Position numbers and translations under genes: made by a program
Notes under the pieces: model-generated
Databases searched by the model: none
Told to the model about the DNA's origin: nothing
What the model saw: the letters and a program-made list of their open reading frames with translations, nothing else
Shown here: positions 54,192-63,806 of the stretch, one piece after another
How positions within the stretch are numbered: position 1 is the first letter of the stretch
Layout of the letters: each line of letters begins with the position of its first letter
IMG/VR virus record: IMGVR_UViG_3300011763_000009
Span: 13,182 to 77,181 of that record
Strand: one strand, 5' to 3'
Length of the DNA: 64,000 bases
Origin: a virus

Positions 54192-57047
54192 ATGGCTTTG
54201 AAGCGCCTTTTATGGACACTCGCATTTCTGCTGTTTGCCGCGACGGCGGTTAAGGCCGCACCGGTCGGCGGTCTGATCGCCGGTATTGCCGGATCGATCC
54301 TGTCTGCTGGCACCTTCGTCAAGCTGGCAATTGGCCTTGCCATTAATGTCGGCCTGTCGCTTTACCAGCAGGCGAAAGCGCGGCGTGAGGCCCGCAAGAA
54401 CCAGCAGAGTACCGGTGGCGTCAAGCTTTCTATCCAGATGGGCGAAAGCGTTCCGCGCTCCTATCTGATCGGCACCAGGGCAACGGCCGGCCGCCGCGCC
54501 TATTTCGGGAGCTGGGGCGAGGAAGAGAATACCCCGAACGCTTATGCGACAGAAGTCATCGAGATTTCCTGCCTCCCCTCCTATGCAGGGCCGCAGGGCG
54601 TGGACGCTGTCTGGTTCGGCGACACGGCCGGCACCATCCTCTGGAACGAACCGCATCCGGACGGGCGGGGCTATCCCGTCGCGCAGTATCGCCGAAACGG
54701 CGTAGACTATCTCTGGTTCAAGTATCTTGACGGCTCGCAGACCACAGCCGACCCCTTTTTGCTGTCCCGCTTCGGCGGCAGAGCCGAGCGGCCTTACAAG
54801 GACACGATGATCGGCCGTGGTTGCCAGATCGTCATTGTCACCGCCCGCCGTCACGAGGAGCTGTTCCGCAACGGCTTTCCGCAGGGTCTTTATCAGCCAC
54901 GGCCGATGCGCCTCTACGACATCCGCAAGGACAGCAGCGTCGGCGGCAATGGCTCACATCGCTGGCACGATCCCTCGACATGGGAGCCGAGCGATAACCT
55001 GCCGCTGATGATCTACAACATCGCACGCGGCATCTATTACAATGGCCGGTGGGTTCATGGCGGCCGCAACTTTTCCGCCTACCGTTTCCCGGTCTCCTCG
55101 TGGATCGCAGCGCTTAATGAAGCCGACCGCGACATGGGCGGCGGCCGTCGCCAGTTCCGGGGCGGTCTGGAAGTGTCGGTCGATCGCGACGGCCTCGATG
55201 TGATCGAGGATTTGCGCCTCGGCTGTAGCGGAAGACTTGCGGAAGTGGGCGGCCGGATCAAGATGCTGATCGGTGCGCCTGGTGCCGCCGTCTACAGCTT
55301 TACCGATCGGGAAATTGTCGTCACGTCCGACCAGGACTTTGAACCCTTCCCAACGATCGCCGCCACCCACAACACCATCACCGGTGTTTATCCGGAACCG
55401 GCGCAGCGCTGGGCCGACAAGGACGCTCCGGAACAGTCATCGCCCGAGCTGCTCGCCCGCGACGGTGGCGAGCGCCTGGCCGTCTCTGTCCGTTTCGACG
55501 CCGTGTCGTCGTCCGCTCAGGTGCAGTCGCTCACCTCGACCATGATCTTGGACGAACAGCGCTGGCGCACCCACGAGTTTACCCTGCCGCCCAATGCGGC
55601 AGCACTTGAGCCGAACGACCCCGTTGCATGGTCGAGCGACGAAAACGGCTATTCGAACAAGAAGTTTTTGGTCGTGCGGGCAGTCCCGATGCCCGGCCGC
55701 GTTCAACGCGTGGTCATCAAGGAAATCGATCCGTCCGACTATGATCCGCCGTCGATCATCGTTCCGCCCGTCATTGGCTGGATTGGTCCCGTTCCGGTAC
55801 CGCCGCAGCCGATGTACGGCTGGCAGGTGTTTCCGGCCACGCTTCCCGATGCTGAAGGCAATCCGCGCTATCCCACGATCGAAGTGCGCTGCGCGCCCGG
55901 TCAGGACGATGTCAGCTATGTTCGCGTCCAGGTGAAACTGACGGCGACTGATGAACTCGTGTTCGATAGCGGCGATGCTACCGTGATGTACGAACCGCCC
56001 TATGCATGGATTTTGAATGCCGTGCTTGCGGGCAATGCCGACTACCAGGCGCGCGGCAAGTTCGTTCCGACATCGAACCGCCCGACCGATTGGGGCGGCT
56101 GGCTTCCGGTCCGGACGCCGAACATTGACCCTTCCGATGTGACAGTCGGACTTGGGCAGGTTCGCGACGACGTGAAGGAGTCCATCACCCGCCTTAATCG
56201 AGACATGGACAACGTTTTCCAGCGCATGGAAGAAATCGCAGTGGCGCTTTCACTGGAAGGCAGCGCCAGCCAGGTCGATCGGCAAGAGTTGAGAGCGGCG
56301 GCCGGAAAAGCCTTCGCTGCTATCGCCACCGAAAAGCGCCTGCGTGTCACCGCCGACGAGGCGGCGGCGCAGGAGATTTCATCCGTAACGGCGCGGGTTG
56401 ATTCAACTCAGGCTCAGGTAAGAACAGAAAGCACCGTCAGAGCTACGGAGGATGAGGCGCTTGCGCAGAAAATAACGACAGTCTCAGCAGAAGTCGCGAG
56501 TGCCAATGCATCGATCGTCGAGGAGAGGCAAGCTCGCGCGTCAGCTGATGAGGCCTTCGCCAGCAGTGTCGAGACCGTTAAGGCCGAGGTGGATCAGGCT
56601 CGCGCGGATGTCATCGAAGAGAAAACGGCACGGGCCGATGCGGACTCTGCGCTGGCGACCAGCATTAATGGAGTGCGAGCGGTAGTCGATGGCGTTTCGG
56701 CAGAGGGCTACCTCTCGATGAAAGCCACCACTGTCGGCGATACTCTCGCGAGCGTCGAATTCGCCGTCCGGGCTCAAAAAGGCGACCAGACGGCCTTGGG
56801 TGCTTTCATCCTCGAAATCATCAATCAAGGCGGCGTCCTCAAGGCGCAGGAAATCCATTATTCGGACCGATTTATCATTGTCGCTCCGGACGGCTCGGGC
56901 GGTCAGGGCGTGTTCACCTTCGACCAAAACGGCGCGAAGCTCGCCGTTGCCAACATTGGGACGGTGCGCGCCGCCTACATGGAAGGTTACAACGGCAAGA
57001 TGATGCTCGACCTCAACAACGGACGTATGAGGGTTCGATCAGCATGA
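54192..57047 (+). CDS. Central tail fibre / host-specificity J-like protein
   Basis: LYDIRKDSSVGG.G.HR..DP.TW; LEPND; C-terminal heptad repeats. Confidence 0.85.
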   Translation: MALKRLLWTLAFLLFAATAVKAAPVGGLIAGIAGSILSAGTFVKLAIGLAINVGLSLYQQAKARREARKNQQSTGGVKLSIQMGESVPRSYLIGTRATAGRRAYFGSWGEEENTPNAYATEVIEISCLPSYAGPQGVDAVWFGDTAGTILWNEPHPDGRGYPVAQYRRNGVDYLWFKYLDGSQTTADPFLLSRFGGRAERPYKDTMIGRGCQIVIVTARRHEELFRNGFPQGLYQPRPMRLYDIRKDSSVGGNGSHRWHDPSTWEPSDNLPLMIYNIARGIYYNGRWVHGGRNFSAYRFPVSSWIAALNEADRDMGGGRRQFRGGLEVSVDRDGLDVIEDLRLGCSGRLAEVGGRIKMLIGAPGAAVYSFTDREIVVTSDQDFEPFPTIAATHNTITGVYPEPAQRWADKDAPEQSSPELLARDGGERLAVSVRFDAVSSSAQVQSLTSTMILDEQRWRTHEFTLPPNAAALEPNDPVAWSSDENGYSNKKFLVVRAVPMPGRVQRVVIKEIDPSDYDPPSIIVPPVIGWIGPVPVPPQPMYGWQVFPATLPDAEGNPRYPTIEVRCAPGQDDVSYVRVQVKLTATDELVFDSGDATVMYEPPYAWILNAVLAGNADYQARGKFVPTSNRPTDWGGWLPVRTPNIDPSDVTVGLGQVRDDVKESITRLNRDMDNVFQRMEEIAVALSLEGSASQVDRQELRAAAGKAFAAIATEKRLRVTADEAAAQEISSVTARVDSTQAQVRTESTVRATEDEALAQKITTVSAEVASANASIVEERQARASADEAFASSVETVKAEVDQARADVIEEKTARADADSALATSINGVRAVVDGVSAEGYLSMKATTVGDTLASVEFAVRAQKGDQTALGAFILEIINQGGVLKAQEIHYSDRFIIVAPDGSGGQGVFTFDQNGAKLAVANIGTVRAAYMEGYNGKMMLDLNNGRMRVRSA

Positions 57048-58585
57048 TTCAGCTTCACATCGGACTGGACTACGAGGGCGTCGGCAGCGTCAAAATCACC
57101 AAGGGCGCTTATGACCCCGGCATGACCCATGACAACACGCTGGGAGCCTTCCTCTACAATTCGAAATTCGCCGTCCAGGCGAAGATTGCCGGCCGCGACA
57201 CCCAGCCGTTCCGGGACGGCGAATACAATTATCCGCCCGGCGCTAGCGTCGATAACTTCACTTTGCGCAGTTGGCGCTACCCAACGGATGTTCCCCAAAA
57301 CCGGGTGTTTTACCGGGCGGCATATTTTCCCGGTCTGAACTACACACTGCCACTGTTTGATGTCCTCGTTCGCCGCATCACTGACAATTATTACGTCAAC
57401 GCGCGCTCGATCCTTAGCACCTACGGTTACGAGAGCCGTGGCGAGCGGATCGCCACCGTGATGCCGTTCAACGATCAAAGCGACTTCGGCTGGAAGCTCA
57501 ATAACCGCACCATCGTTGATAATAATTACCGCACCTTCGGCGACATTCTGGCGCTCTCCAACATGTTCGGTTCGGTAAACTCCGGGAACTATAACTACCT
57601 GACCAACGAGCTCGTGGTCTGGAACCTGCCGGGTGACGAAACAGGCATCGTCGATGCCCAGCCGATGCCGCCTAACCCGGAACACTTTGCGGTCAATCTG
57701 GATAGTTCAGGGCTGCGGGTGGCAAAGCCCGGCTACAACGTCGATACCGCGTTTGGAACGCAACTCGCCTTCGACAGCACCAACCGGCCAACGAAGATCG
57801 TCGCGGCCGATGATATCTACGTGCCTCCGGGCGGATCGGAATATGTGCTGCCCATGGCCGTGCCTGACGGCACCATGTGCATCGTCAATTTCTATACCGG
57901 CAGCACCATCGTCTATCCTGCCAATCCTCACGAGGCGCAGAGCGGAGCGGACTGGCGGATTGCCGGAAATCGCCTCTACTTCAGCAATCCGAACGGCGGA
58001 TGCCGGGCACGCTTCATGGTCGTGGCTTTCGACCAGACGCCACCAACGGCCGGCGACAATGATGTCTACCGCATGTTTGAGGAGAATGGCGAAGACGTTA
58101 TCCAGTTCCTGCGACCGGGTGCCGGCAATCCGCCTGCCTTTGCGGACATCATCGTTGATAGCCGCTGGCCGGCGATCTCGCTACTTGCCCAAGGTTACTT
58201 CGGTGTCGGCAGCGGCGCACAGAATACGTCGATCCCGATCGACACGACGAACTTCTATCCGATCGTCCGCTACATGACGGTGCACTCCGGTTACGGCGGG
58301 CAGAATGGCGGCGACAACTCCTACTCCAAGATGATCCGCCCGCCGATTACCGCCAAACATCGTGTCCGTCATCCGACCGTCGGTTTTAGCTGGAGAGATT
58401 CAGGCGACAGTTCATATGTGACCATCTACCCGGACGCGGCCGTCTTTACGACCTTCTCGGGAGCTCCCGCCTACGCTCGCGTCATCGACAATGGCGGCGG
58501 CAGCTACTCCGTTTCCTACACCTACCCATCATCGCCGGTCGTCGGCATCCGCTACTACATCTTTGGCATCCCGAAGCGAGATTGA
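57044..58585 (+). CDS. Tail-tip associated protein
   Basis: Three related units (e.g. LRVAKPG..LAFDS); ends YYIFGIP. Confidence 0.7.
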   Translation: MIQLHIGLDYEGVGSVKITKGAYDPGMTHDNTLGAFLYNSKFAVQAKIAGRDTQPFRDGEYNYPPGASVDNFTLRSWRYPTDVPQNRVFYRAAYFPGLNYTLPLFDVLVRRITDNYYVNARSILSTYGYESRGERIATVMPFNDQSDFGWKLNNRTIVDNNYRTFGDILALSNMFGSVNSGNYNYLTNELVVWNLPGDETGIVDAQPMPPNPEHFAVNLDSSGLRVAKPGYNVDTAFGTQLAFDSTNRPTKIVAADDIYVPPGGSEYVLPMAVPDGTMCIVNFYTGSTIVYPANPHEAQSGADWRIAGNRLYFSNPNGGCRARFMVVAFDQTPPTAGDNDVYRMFEENGEDVIQFLRPGAGNPPAFADIIVDSRWPAISLLAQGYFGVGSGAQNTSIPIDTTNFYPIVRYMTVHSGYGGQNGGDNSYSKMIRPPITAKHRVRHPTVGFSWRDSGDSSYVTIYPDAAVFTTFSGAPAYARVIDNGGGSYSVSYTYPSSPVVGIRYYIFGIPKRD

Positions 58586-60228
58586 ATATGACTGCACCTT
58601 ACGCCACAGGCACGATCACGCTCACCAATGGATCAAATGTCATCACCGGGACTGGTACCGGCTGGCAGACTTCGCTTGTCGTTGGCGGCATTGTTTATCC
58701 CGAAGCGGCTAACGGCAACGCCATGCCGATCGTCACGGTCGACACCGACACCAAAATAACGGCCGCGACCAAGTGGAAGGGCGCGAGCGGAACCTACCCT
58801 TATGCGATCATGCGCGATACAGCCTATGGTCAGCAGACCGTTGCCAATGCGCAGGCGCTGGCGGCGCAAATCCAGCGCCTCAACAATCCCATGCTTGCCG
58901 CTCTGGCAGCTTTGTCACCCGTTGCCGACAAAGTTGTTTCCTTTGGTGAGAACGCCGAAACGGCTCTTGCCGACCTGTCTACTTTCGGCAAATCGCTGAT
59001 CGCGTCCCTCAATAGTTCGGCCGCCTATGGCGCTCTTGGCGTGATCCCGAACGCGCAGTTACCTGACCGGCTGAAGGCGTTCCCTGAATATGTCGCGGAC
59101 TGGAACAACGTCAGGGAGGCTGGAGAATATTTTGGAGGCCCGGATACGGCGAACACGCCTGCGCAACCTTATGTGTTTGTCGGTAAGGTTGAGCCACGAG
59201 AATCCGCGTACGTTGTCCAAAAATTGACCGCAGTTGGGATAAGCAACCCTGCCCTTAACGTGAAATTCGAGCGGCAGATCGTGAACAATGTTCCTTCTGC
59301 TTGGACCAGAGTTCGCACTACGGAAGTGGAGCTTGATGCTCGGTATAATCGCCTTTCTCAGCCGGTGGCGAATTCACAGTTGCCCGAAAGATTGCGGCCA
59401 AACGGAAGGGTTATAACGGACTGGAATAACGCAACGGAAAGCGGCGTTTACTTCGGTGAAACGGCAGCAAATTGCCCGCCCGGCATTGATGGCGGTCTGA
59501 TAGGGTATGTTGACGCTGCCAGCGCTGACGGCGCAGTTGTTCAAACCGTAGTAAGATGGTGGGGGATAACAGCAACAGTTAGCGCAACATGGCGCAGAGC
59601 TAAGCAAGGTCCCGATTCTTGGACCACGTGGGTGTATCAGCTAACCAACCGCGACGAGATGGATGCCCGTTATAACCGTCAAGGGGTCGCAATCCCGAAA
59701 GATCAGCTTCCTAATCTTATGAATGCCACATCGTTCATTGGCGAGGTTCAGGCTGGTGTCGGGGATGTTGGTTTTTCTAGGTTGGTTCCCGGTAGCACGA
59801 CATTCACTGGATACTTCGACTTCTGGCAACCGGGTGGCACGCGCGCCGGATACGTGGGCGCTGCGAACTCAGTCAGTAAGGTTATCAACTTAACGTCTGA
59901 AAATGGATATACGTTCGGCTTCTTCACAAGTGGAGGACGGTATCCGACCGTTGATGGGCAAGATATCCGCACGGCGGCTACTGCTTACGCCAAGTCCGAA
60001 ACTTACACTCAGGCTCAAACACAATCCCTTGTGACGACCGCCCGGCAGGTCAGGTTGGCGGGGCTTGGCGAGATTGCGGCGACTGTTTTTCAGTGGAATG
60101 AGGCCGCAGCTGGATGCGTACTCACAGGTGTTTTCCTCGATGGAAACTGGGGTGTCCGGAACTACAGGTATCGGGCAATTCAGCAGACTGACGTGAGCGG
60201 TAACTGGGTAACAGTAGCGCAGGCTTAA
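58582..60228 (+). CDS. Side tail fibre with repeated knob domains
   Basis: Y..GTI.LTNGS..ITG.GT N-terminus; two DWNN..E.G.Y units; ends YR.IQ..GNWVTV. Confidence 0.85.
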   Translation: MNMTAPYATGTITLTNGSNVITGTGTGWQTSLVVGGIVYPEAANGNAMPIVTVDTDTKITAATKWKGASGTYPYAIMRDTAYGQQTVANAQALAAQIQRLNNPMLAALAALSPVADKVVSFGENAETALADLSTFGKSLIASLNSSAAYGALGVIPNAQLPDRLKAFPEYVADWNNVREAGEYFGGPDTANTPAQPYVFVGKVEPRESAYVVQKLTAVGISNPALNVKFERQIVNNVPSAWTRVRTTEVELDARYNRLSQPVANSQLPERLRPNGRVITDWNNATESGVYFGETAANCPPGIDGGLIGYVDAASADGAVVQTVVRWWGITATVSATWRRAKQGPDSWTTWVYQLTNRDEMDARYNRQGVAIPKDQLPNLMNATSFIGEVQAGVGDVGFSRLVPGSTTFTGYFDFWQPGGTRAGYVGAANSVSKVINLTSENGYTFGFFTSGGRYPTVDGQDIRTAATAYAKSETYTQAQTQSLVTTARQVRLAGLGEIAATVFQWNEAAAGCVLTGVFLDGNWGVRNYRYRAIQQTDVSGNWVTVAQA

Positions 60229-60238
60229 AGGTGATCTC

Positions 60239-60793
60239 ATGAAAAATCGTGGCGTATGGGAAAAGTATGTTCCCGCCGAAATTCCGTTCGGTATGCCTGC
60301 CAACGCGCTGTTCTGGCAACGGCAGTCAGACGGCGCAGACCTCTATGCATGGAGCTGGCTGTTTTACGAGTTTGCGGCAGGCGCTGACACCTCGGGAACG
60401 ATGAAGGTTGTTGTCGTGGGTGGTGTTGCGGTTTGCCTGAATACCGATCTGTCCATGCTTTCACTGTTGCCTCAATTCGAGCTGATCGAGCTTGAGGCCG
60501 GCGAAGTCGTTCCCCAGCTCGGCTGGCTTTTGGTGGATGGCGAGTTTCAGGCCCCGGTAGTTCCCGATCCTGTAACCGTCGTTTACTCGGTTGATCTCTG
60601 GACGCGCATGACCAACGCCGAGGCCGATCAGGTCGGGGCAGCTATGGACCAGCAGCCTTTCCGCGTTCGCAGAATTTTCGAAAGCGCCAACTCCTATCGC
60701 AGCGACCATGAACTGTGGCAGCTCCTGGTGCAGATCGCCACCGACCTCTTTGGCGCCGGGCGTGCGGCGCAAATCCTCGCCCCTTCCGCGTAA
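60239..60793 (+). CDS. Tail fibre assembly-like protein
   Basis: Follows the fibre; LW.RMT..EA..FG..RA..ILA. Confidence 0.65.
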   Translation: MKNRGVWEKYVPAEIPFGMPANALFWQRQSDGADLYAWSWLFYEFAAGADTSGTMKVVVVGGVAVCLNTDLSMLSLLPQFELIELEAGEVVPQLGWLLVDGEFQAPVVPDPVTVVYSVDLWTRMTNAEADQVGAAMDQQPFRVRRIFESANSYRSDHELWQLLVQIATDLFGAGRAAQILAPSA

Positions 60794-60815
60794 CCCACAC
60801 TTCAAAGGACACCCG

Positions 60816-61091
60816 ATGCCCGAACGTCTCAATGCCAACACCGCAACCGCTATCGGCGGCGTATTCAGCCCTGCGGGTGATTTCTCTATCCAGGCCGACA
60901 TTCCGGTCGGCTCTACGGCCGTCATCAACATCGAGGGGCAGGCGGATAATGCCGCACCTTGGGTGTCGCTTGGCGGTATCAGCGCCAGCACCATCCCGCC
61001 GATGCGCCGGTTTGCCAAATGCCCGAATGTGCGTCTCACCCTTTCGGGCAACAATGACGCCAAGGTCATCAAGGCTTGGAGCGGTGAATGA
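60816..61091 (+). CDS. Hypothetical virion-associated protein
   Basis: AAGGA RBS; beta-rich, 91 aa. Confidence 0.65.
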   Translation: MPERLNANTATAIGGVFSPAGDFSIQADIPVGSTAVINIEGQADNAAPWVSLGGISASTIPPMRRFAKCPNVRLTLSGNNDAKVIKAWSGE

Positions 61092-62521
61092 ACGGGCTTA
61101 CAATACCGCTCTCAATGCCGCTTCAAACTCCGGCCATTCTAACGACCATCGCAAGCGGCTATGGCGGCATTTCAACCGTTACGCCGCCTTCTGAAGTATT
61201 TGCTTTCCTGAAGAATGTGTTTGGGGTGAACGTCTTTAAAAAGCGGCGCACGATCACCCATGACTACGTCGATACGGCCAAAAAGCCGATCGTGACGGGG
61301 TCAACATACTACGTCAAACCGGGAGGTAACGATGCGGCGGCGGGCACGTCCTGGGCAACCGCTTTCGCCACTATCGGCCGCGCTATGTCCCGCATCATGT
61401 TCGATGGGGTTTCACAGGCACTCGTTGGCAAGATCATAGTCGATACCAGCGCTGGCGATACCGTCTACATGGGCAGTGCCCAAGGCTTGCAAGGTGTGAC
61501 TTGCAGGAAGTCGGTGGTCATCGAAGAGACCGGACCGGGGCGCGTGAAATGCGCCGCAGTACCGGGAGGCGTTTCGTCTTTCGTGTGGACGGCGACAGCA
61601 ACACCGGGAGTTTATTCCACGCCTTGTTCTGGCGCGCCCGGATACGTCTTCGATCTCTCGCGTATCGTAGCGGGCTTGCCTTCATACGCCCCTCGTCATG
61701 AGAAGCTGACGCTAGGGGCATCGGCCACAGGCCTGTCGGCAGGGCAGTATTTCTACGACGCTGCGGCCACGTCGCTTTATGTTCGTACGGCGGACGGGCG
61801 CGCACCTGATAACAAGATCATCCCGACAGCAACCAGCAGCGGGTTTGCCTGGGGACCGCAGTTGAGCGGGCAGGTGCTTTGGGTGAAAGGCGTAGACTTT
61901 ATCGGCGGCTACCAAAACCAGATAGATTACACGTACATGGCCGACAAAGCCGCAAACGCGTATTTCAGCGAATGCGTTGAACAAGGCACTGCACTCGACG
62001 GCGCAGTCATGAATATGCCGGGTTACATGCTGCTGAACAGATGCGGGGCCTATGACACCACTGGTGACGGGTTTTCCTCTTATGCCGGTGTTGGCGGAAA
62101 CACGTTGAATGAAAGTTGGAAAGCAGAGATCGATTGTGTCGCTCGCGACAATGGCAATAGCGCCAACCTCGCGAACAACGCTTCTACCGGTCACGATGCG
62201 TCGAGAACGGTCATCATCAGGCCGGACTATGATATGTCGCAGGACAGACTAGTCCACTACGTCTACGCCTCTCAGGCTTGGATTATTGGCGGCAAGCTTG
62301 GTCGATCTGCGCGCTCATCAGGGGCAACATCACGAACGGTCATGGTCAATCAAGGCGCAGCCGACCGCGTGCCTTGCATATGGCTCGACAGCGTGCAGTT
62401 CGTCGGGCGTTCGGAGATCGATATTGAGGCATCGGCTTATGGGCGTGTGGGATTGCGTGATATCGACATGGCCGGCCTGACGATGACGACGAATAGTAAC
62501 GGCGTCATCTTCAACTACTAA
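61088..62521 (+). CDS. Putative beta-helix tailspike/depolymerase
   Basis: YYVKPGGND...G.SW..AF.TI motif; DG..N-rich repeats. Confidence 0.65.
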   Translation: MNGLTIPLSMPLQTPAILTTIASGYGGISTVTPPSEVFAFLKNVFGVNVFKKRRTITHDYVDTAKKPIVTGSTYYVKPGGNDAAAGTSWATAFATIGRAMSRIMFDGVSQALVGKIIVDTSAGDTVYMGSAQGLQGVTCRKSVVIEETGPGRVKCAAVPGGVSSFVWTATATPGVYSTPCSGAPGYVFDLSRIVAGLPSYAPRHEKLTLGASATGLSAGQYFYDAAATSLYVRTADGRAPDNKIIPTATSSGFAWGPQLSGQVLWVKGVDFIGGYQNQIDYTYMADKAANAYFSECVEQGTALDGAVMNMPGYMLLNRCGAYDTTGDGFSSYAGVGGNTLNESWKAEIDCVARDNGNSANLANNASTGHDASRTVIIRPDYDMSQDRLVHYVYASQAWIIGGKLGRSARSSGATSRTVMVNQGAADRVPCIWLDSVQFVGRSEIDIEASAYGRVGLRDIDMAGLTMTTNSNGVIFNY

Positions 62522-62682
62522 GTTCGGTCCCGCGGACAAGACCGGGTGGCCGGGGTGCTGAAACACCCCAAGCGACGGGCCAAAGTTTGGCGACCTAACC
62601 CGTCCGACGACACCACACGATAACCGTCGCACCCGTACCCTGCAGGGCGGGTTCCTTGTGACTGACTCGTGAGCTTTTTGAT

Positions 62683-62877
62683 ATGCAAAACATTCGTTGC
62701 GGCACCTGTTCAGCCTTGCTGTTTCGGGCTGGACAGGGAGCCATTTCCAACGACATCGAAATCAAGTGCCGCCGTTGCGGCACCATCAATCACTTGAGGC
62801 CAACAGAGCCCTTAACCGACCGCCAGGAGCGGCTACCAAGGATGAACTCGTGTGGCTCTACATACCTCCAGAAATGA
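62683..62877 (+). CDS. com: Com zinc-finger translational regulator
   Basis: IRCGTCSALLFR..IEIKCRRCGTIN. Confidence 0.9.
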   Translation: MQNIRCGTCSALLFRAGQGAISNDIEIKCRRCGTINHLRPTEPLTDRQERLPRMNSCGSTYLQK

Positions 62878-63749
62878 TCTCCGCGGCGTCTCGCTCTGCG
62901 CAGGCGTCGGCGGCCTTGAACTCGGCCTCCATATTGCCGAACCCTCCTACAGAACTGTTTGTTACGTCGAGCGGGAAGCCTTCCCTGCGGCCACTCTCGT
63001 GGCGAGGATGGACGACAAGACCCTGGATAAAGCACCTGTCTGGGATGACGTTACCACCTTCGACGGCGCGCCTTGGCGCAGAAAGGTTCATATCCTCACT
63101 GCCGGATATCCCTGCCAGCCCTTCAGCTTTTCCGGCCGGCGCAAGGGCGAAGACGATCCCCGGCACCTCTGGCCCCACGTCCGGAGGATCGCCGAGGAAC
63201 TCGATCCCGAATGGTGCTTCTTCGAAAACGTCGAAGGCCATATGTCCCTGGGAGCCGATACGGTTTTCGGGGACCTTCAATCGCTGGGCTTTACAGTCAA
63301 AGCGGGATTGTTCTCGGCGCTCGAATGCGGTGCGAGCCACATACGGCGCCGCCTCTTCATTGTGGCCCACGCCGACAAAGTCCCTCTATTGCAACAAGAT
63401 CGAAATGGAGCTGGTGAACGACTGCTTCATGATGAGGGACGATCCGAGCCAGACGGGCAGCCAGCTGGCGTTGGGCAAGGCAGCACGTCTTTGGACGCAT
63501 ATATGGATGCTGATGAAAGCATGCGGTGCCCGGCCGACGAAAGCATTCAGCTTCCCGTCTTCGCGCCCCCTCCATCTCACTTTAAACGCTGGGCCGAGAT
63601 CCTCGATCAACGTCCTGACCTTCAACCCGAACTTTTCGGACTGGATCATGGGATGGCCGATCGGATGGACCGATCCGATGCAGCCGGTAACGGAGTGGTC
63701 AGCCTGGCTGCGGCATATGCGTGGCGCACTCTCAAAAATGCCCATTTAA
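62850..63749 (+). CDS. Alternative-frame beta subunit of the C5 methyltransferase (motif IX carrier); start uncertain
   Basis: Frame open 62697-63749; WPTP and NPNFSDWIMGWPIGWTD; GTG 62850 after AAGGA. Confidence 0.65.
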   Translation: MWLYIPPEMISAASRSAQASAALNSASILPNPPTELFVTSSGKPSLRPLSWRGWTTRPWIKHLSGMTLPPSTARLGAERFISSLPDIPASPSAFPAGARAKTIPGTSGPTSGGSPRNSIPNGASSKTSKAICPWEPIRFSGTFNRWALQSKRDCSRRSNAVRATYGAASSLWPTPTKSLYCNKIEMELVNDCFMMRDDPSQTGSQLALGKAARLWTHIWMLMKACGARPTKAFSFPSSRPLHLTLNAGPRSSINVLTFNPNFSDWIMGWPIGWTDPMQPVTEWSAWLRHMRGALSKMPI

Positions 63750-63760
63750 GCGGGCATTAA
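62852..63760 (+). CDS. C5-cytosine DNA methyltransferase, alpha subunit (at the mom position)
   Basis: SLCAGVGG, GYPCQPFS, ENV, RRRLF, GNGVV; no recognisable motif IX. Confidence 0.9.
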   Translation: MALHTSRNDLRGVSLCAGVGGLELGLHIAEPSYRTVCYVEREAFPAATLVARMDDKTLDKAPVWDDVTTFDGAPWRRKVHILTAGYPCQPFSFSGRRKGEDDPRHLWPHVRRIAEELDPEWCFFENVEGHMSLGADTVFGDLQSLGFTVKAGLFSALECGASHIRRRLFIVAHADKVPLLQQDRNGAGERLLHDEGRSEPDGQPAGVGQGSTSLDAYMDADESMRCPADESIQLPVFAPPPSHFKRWAEILDQRPDLQPELFGLDHGMADRMDRSDAAGNGVVSLAAAYAWRTLKNAHLSGH

Positions 63761-63806
63761 AGGCTCCTCAAAACATCCTCAACGCGGCCTCAGAACCGCG
63801 TTGAAC

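Noticed and set aside
56330..56690. Roughly 96-bp periodic repeats as a DNA array
   Set aside because: Degenerate at DNA level; explained by 32-aa coiled-coil repeats of the tail fibre
57044..62680. Diversity-generating retroelement or invertible tail segment
   Set aside because: No reverse transcriptase or invertase in the window, and no TR/VR pair or long inverted repeats noticed by eye
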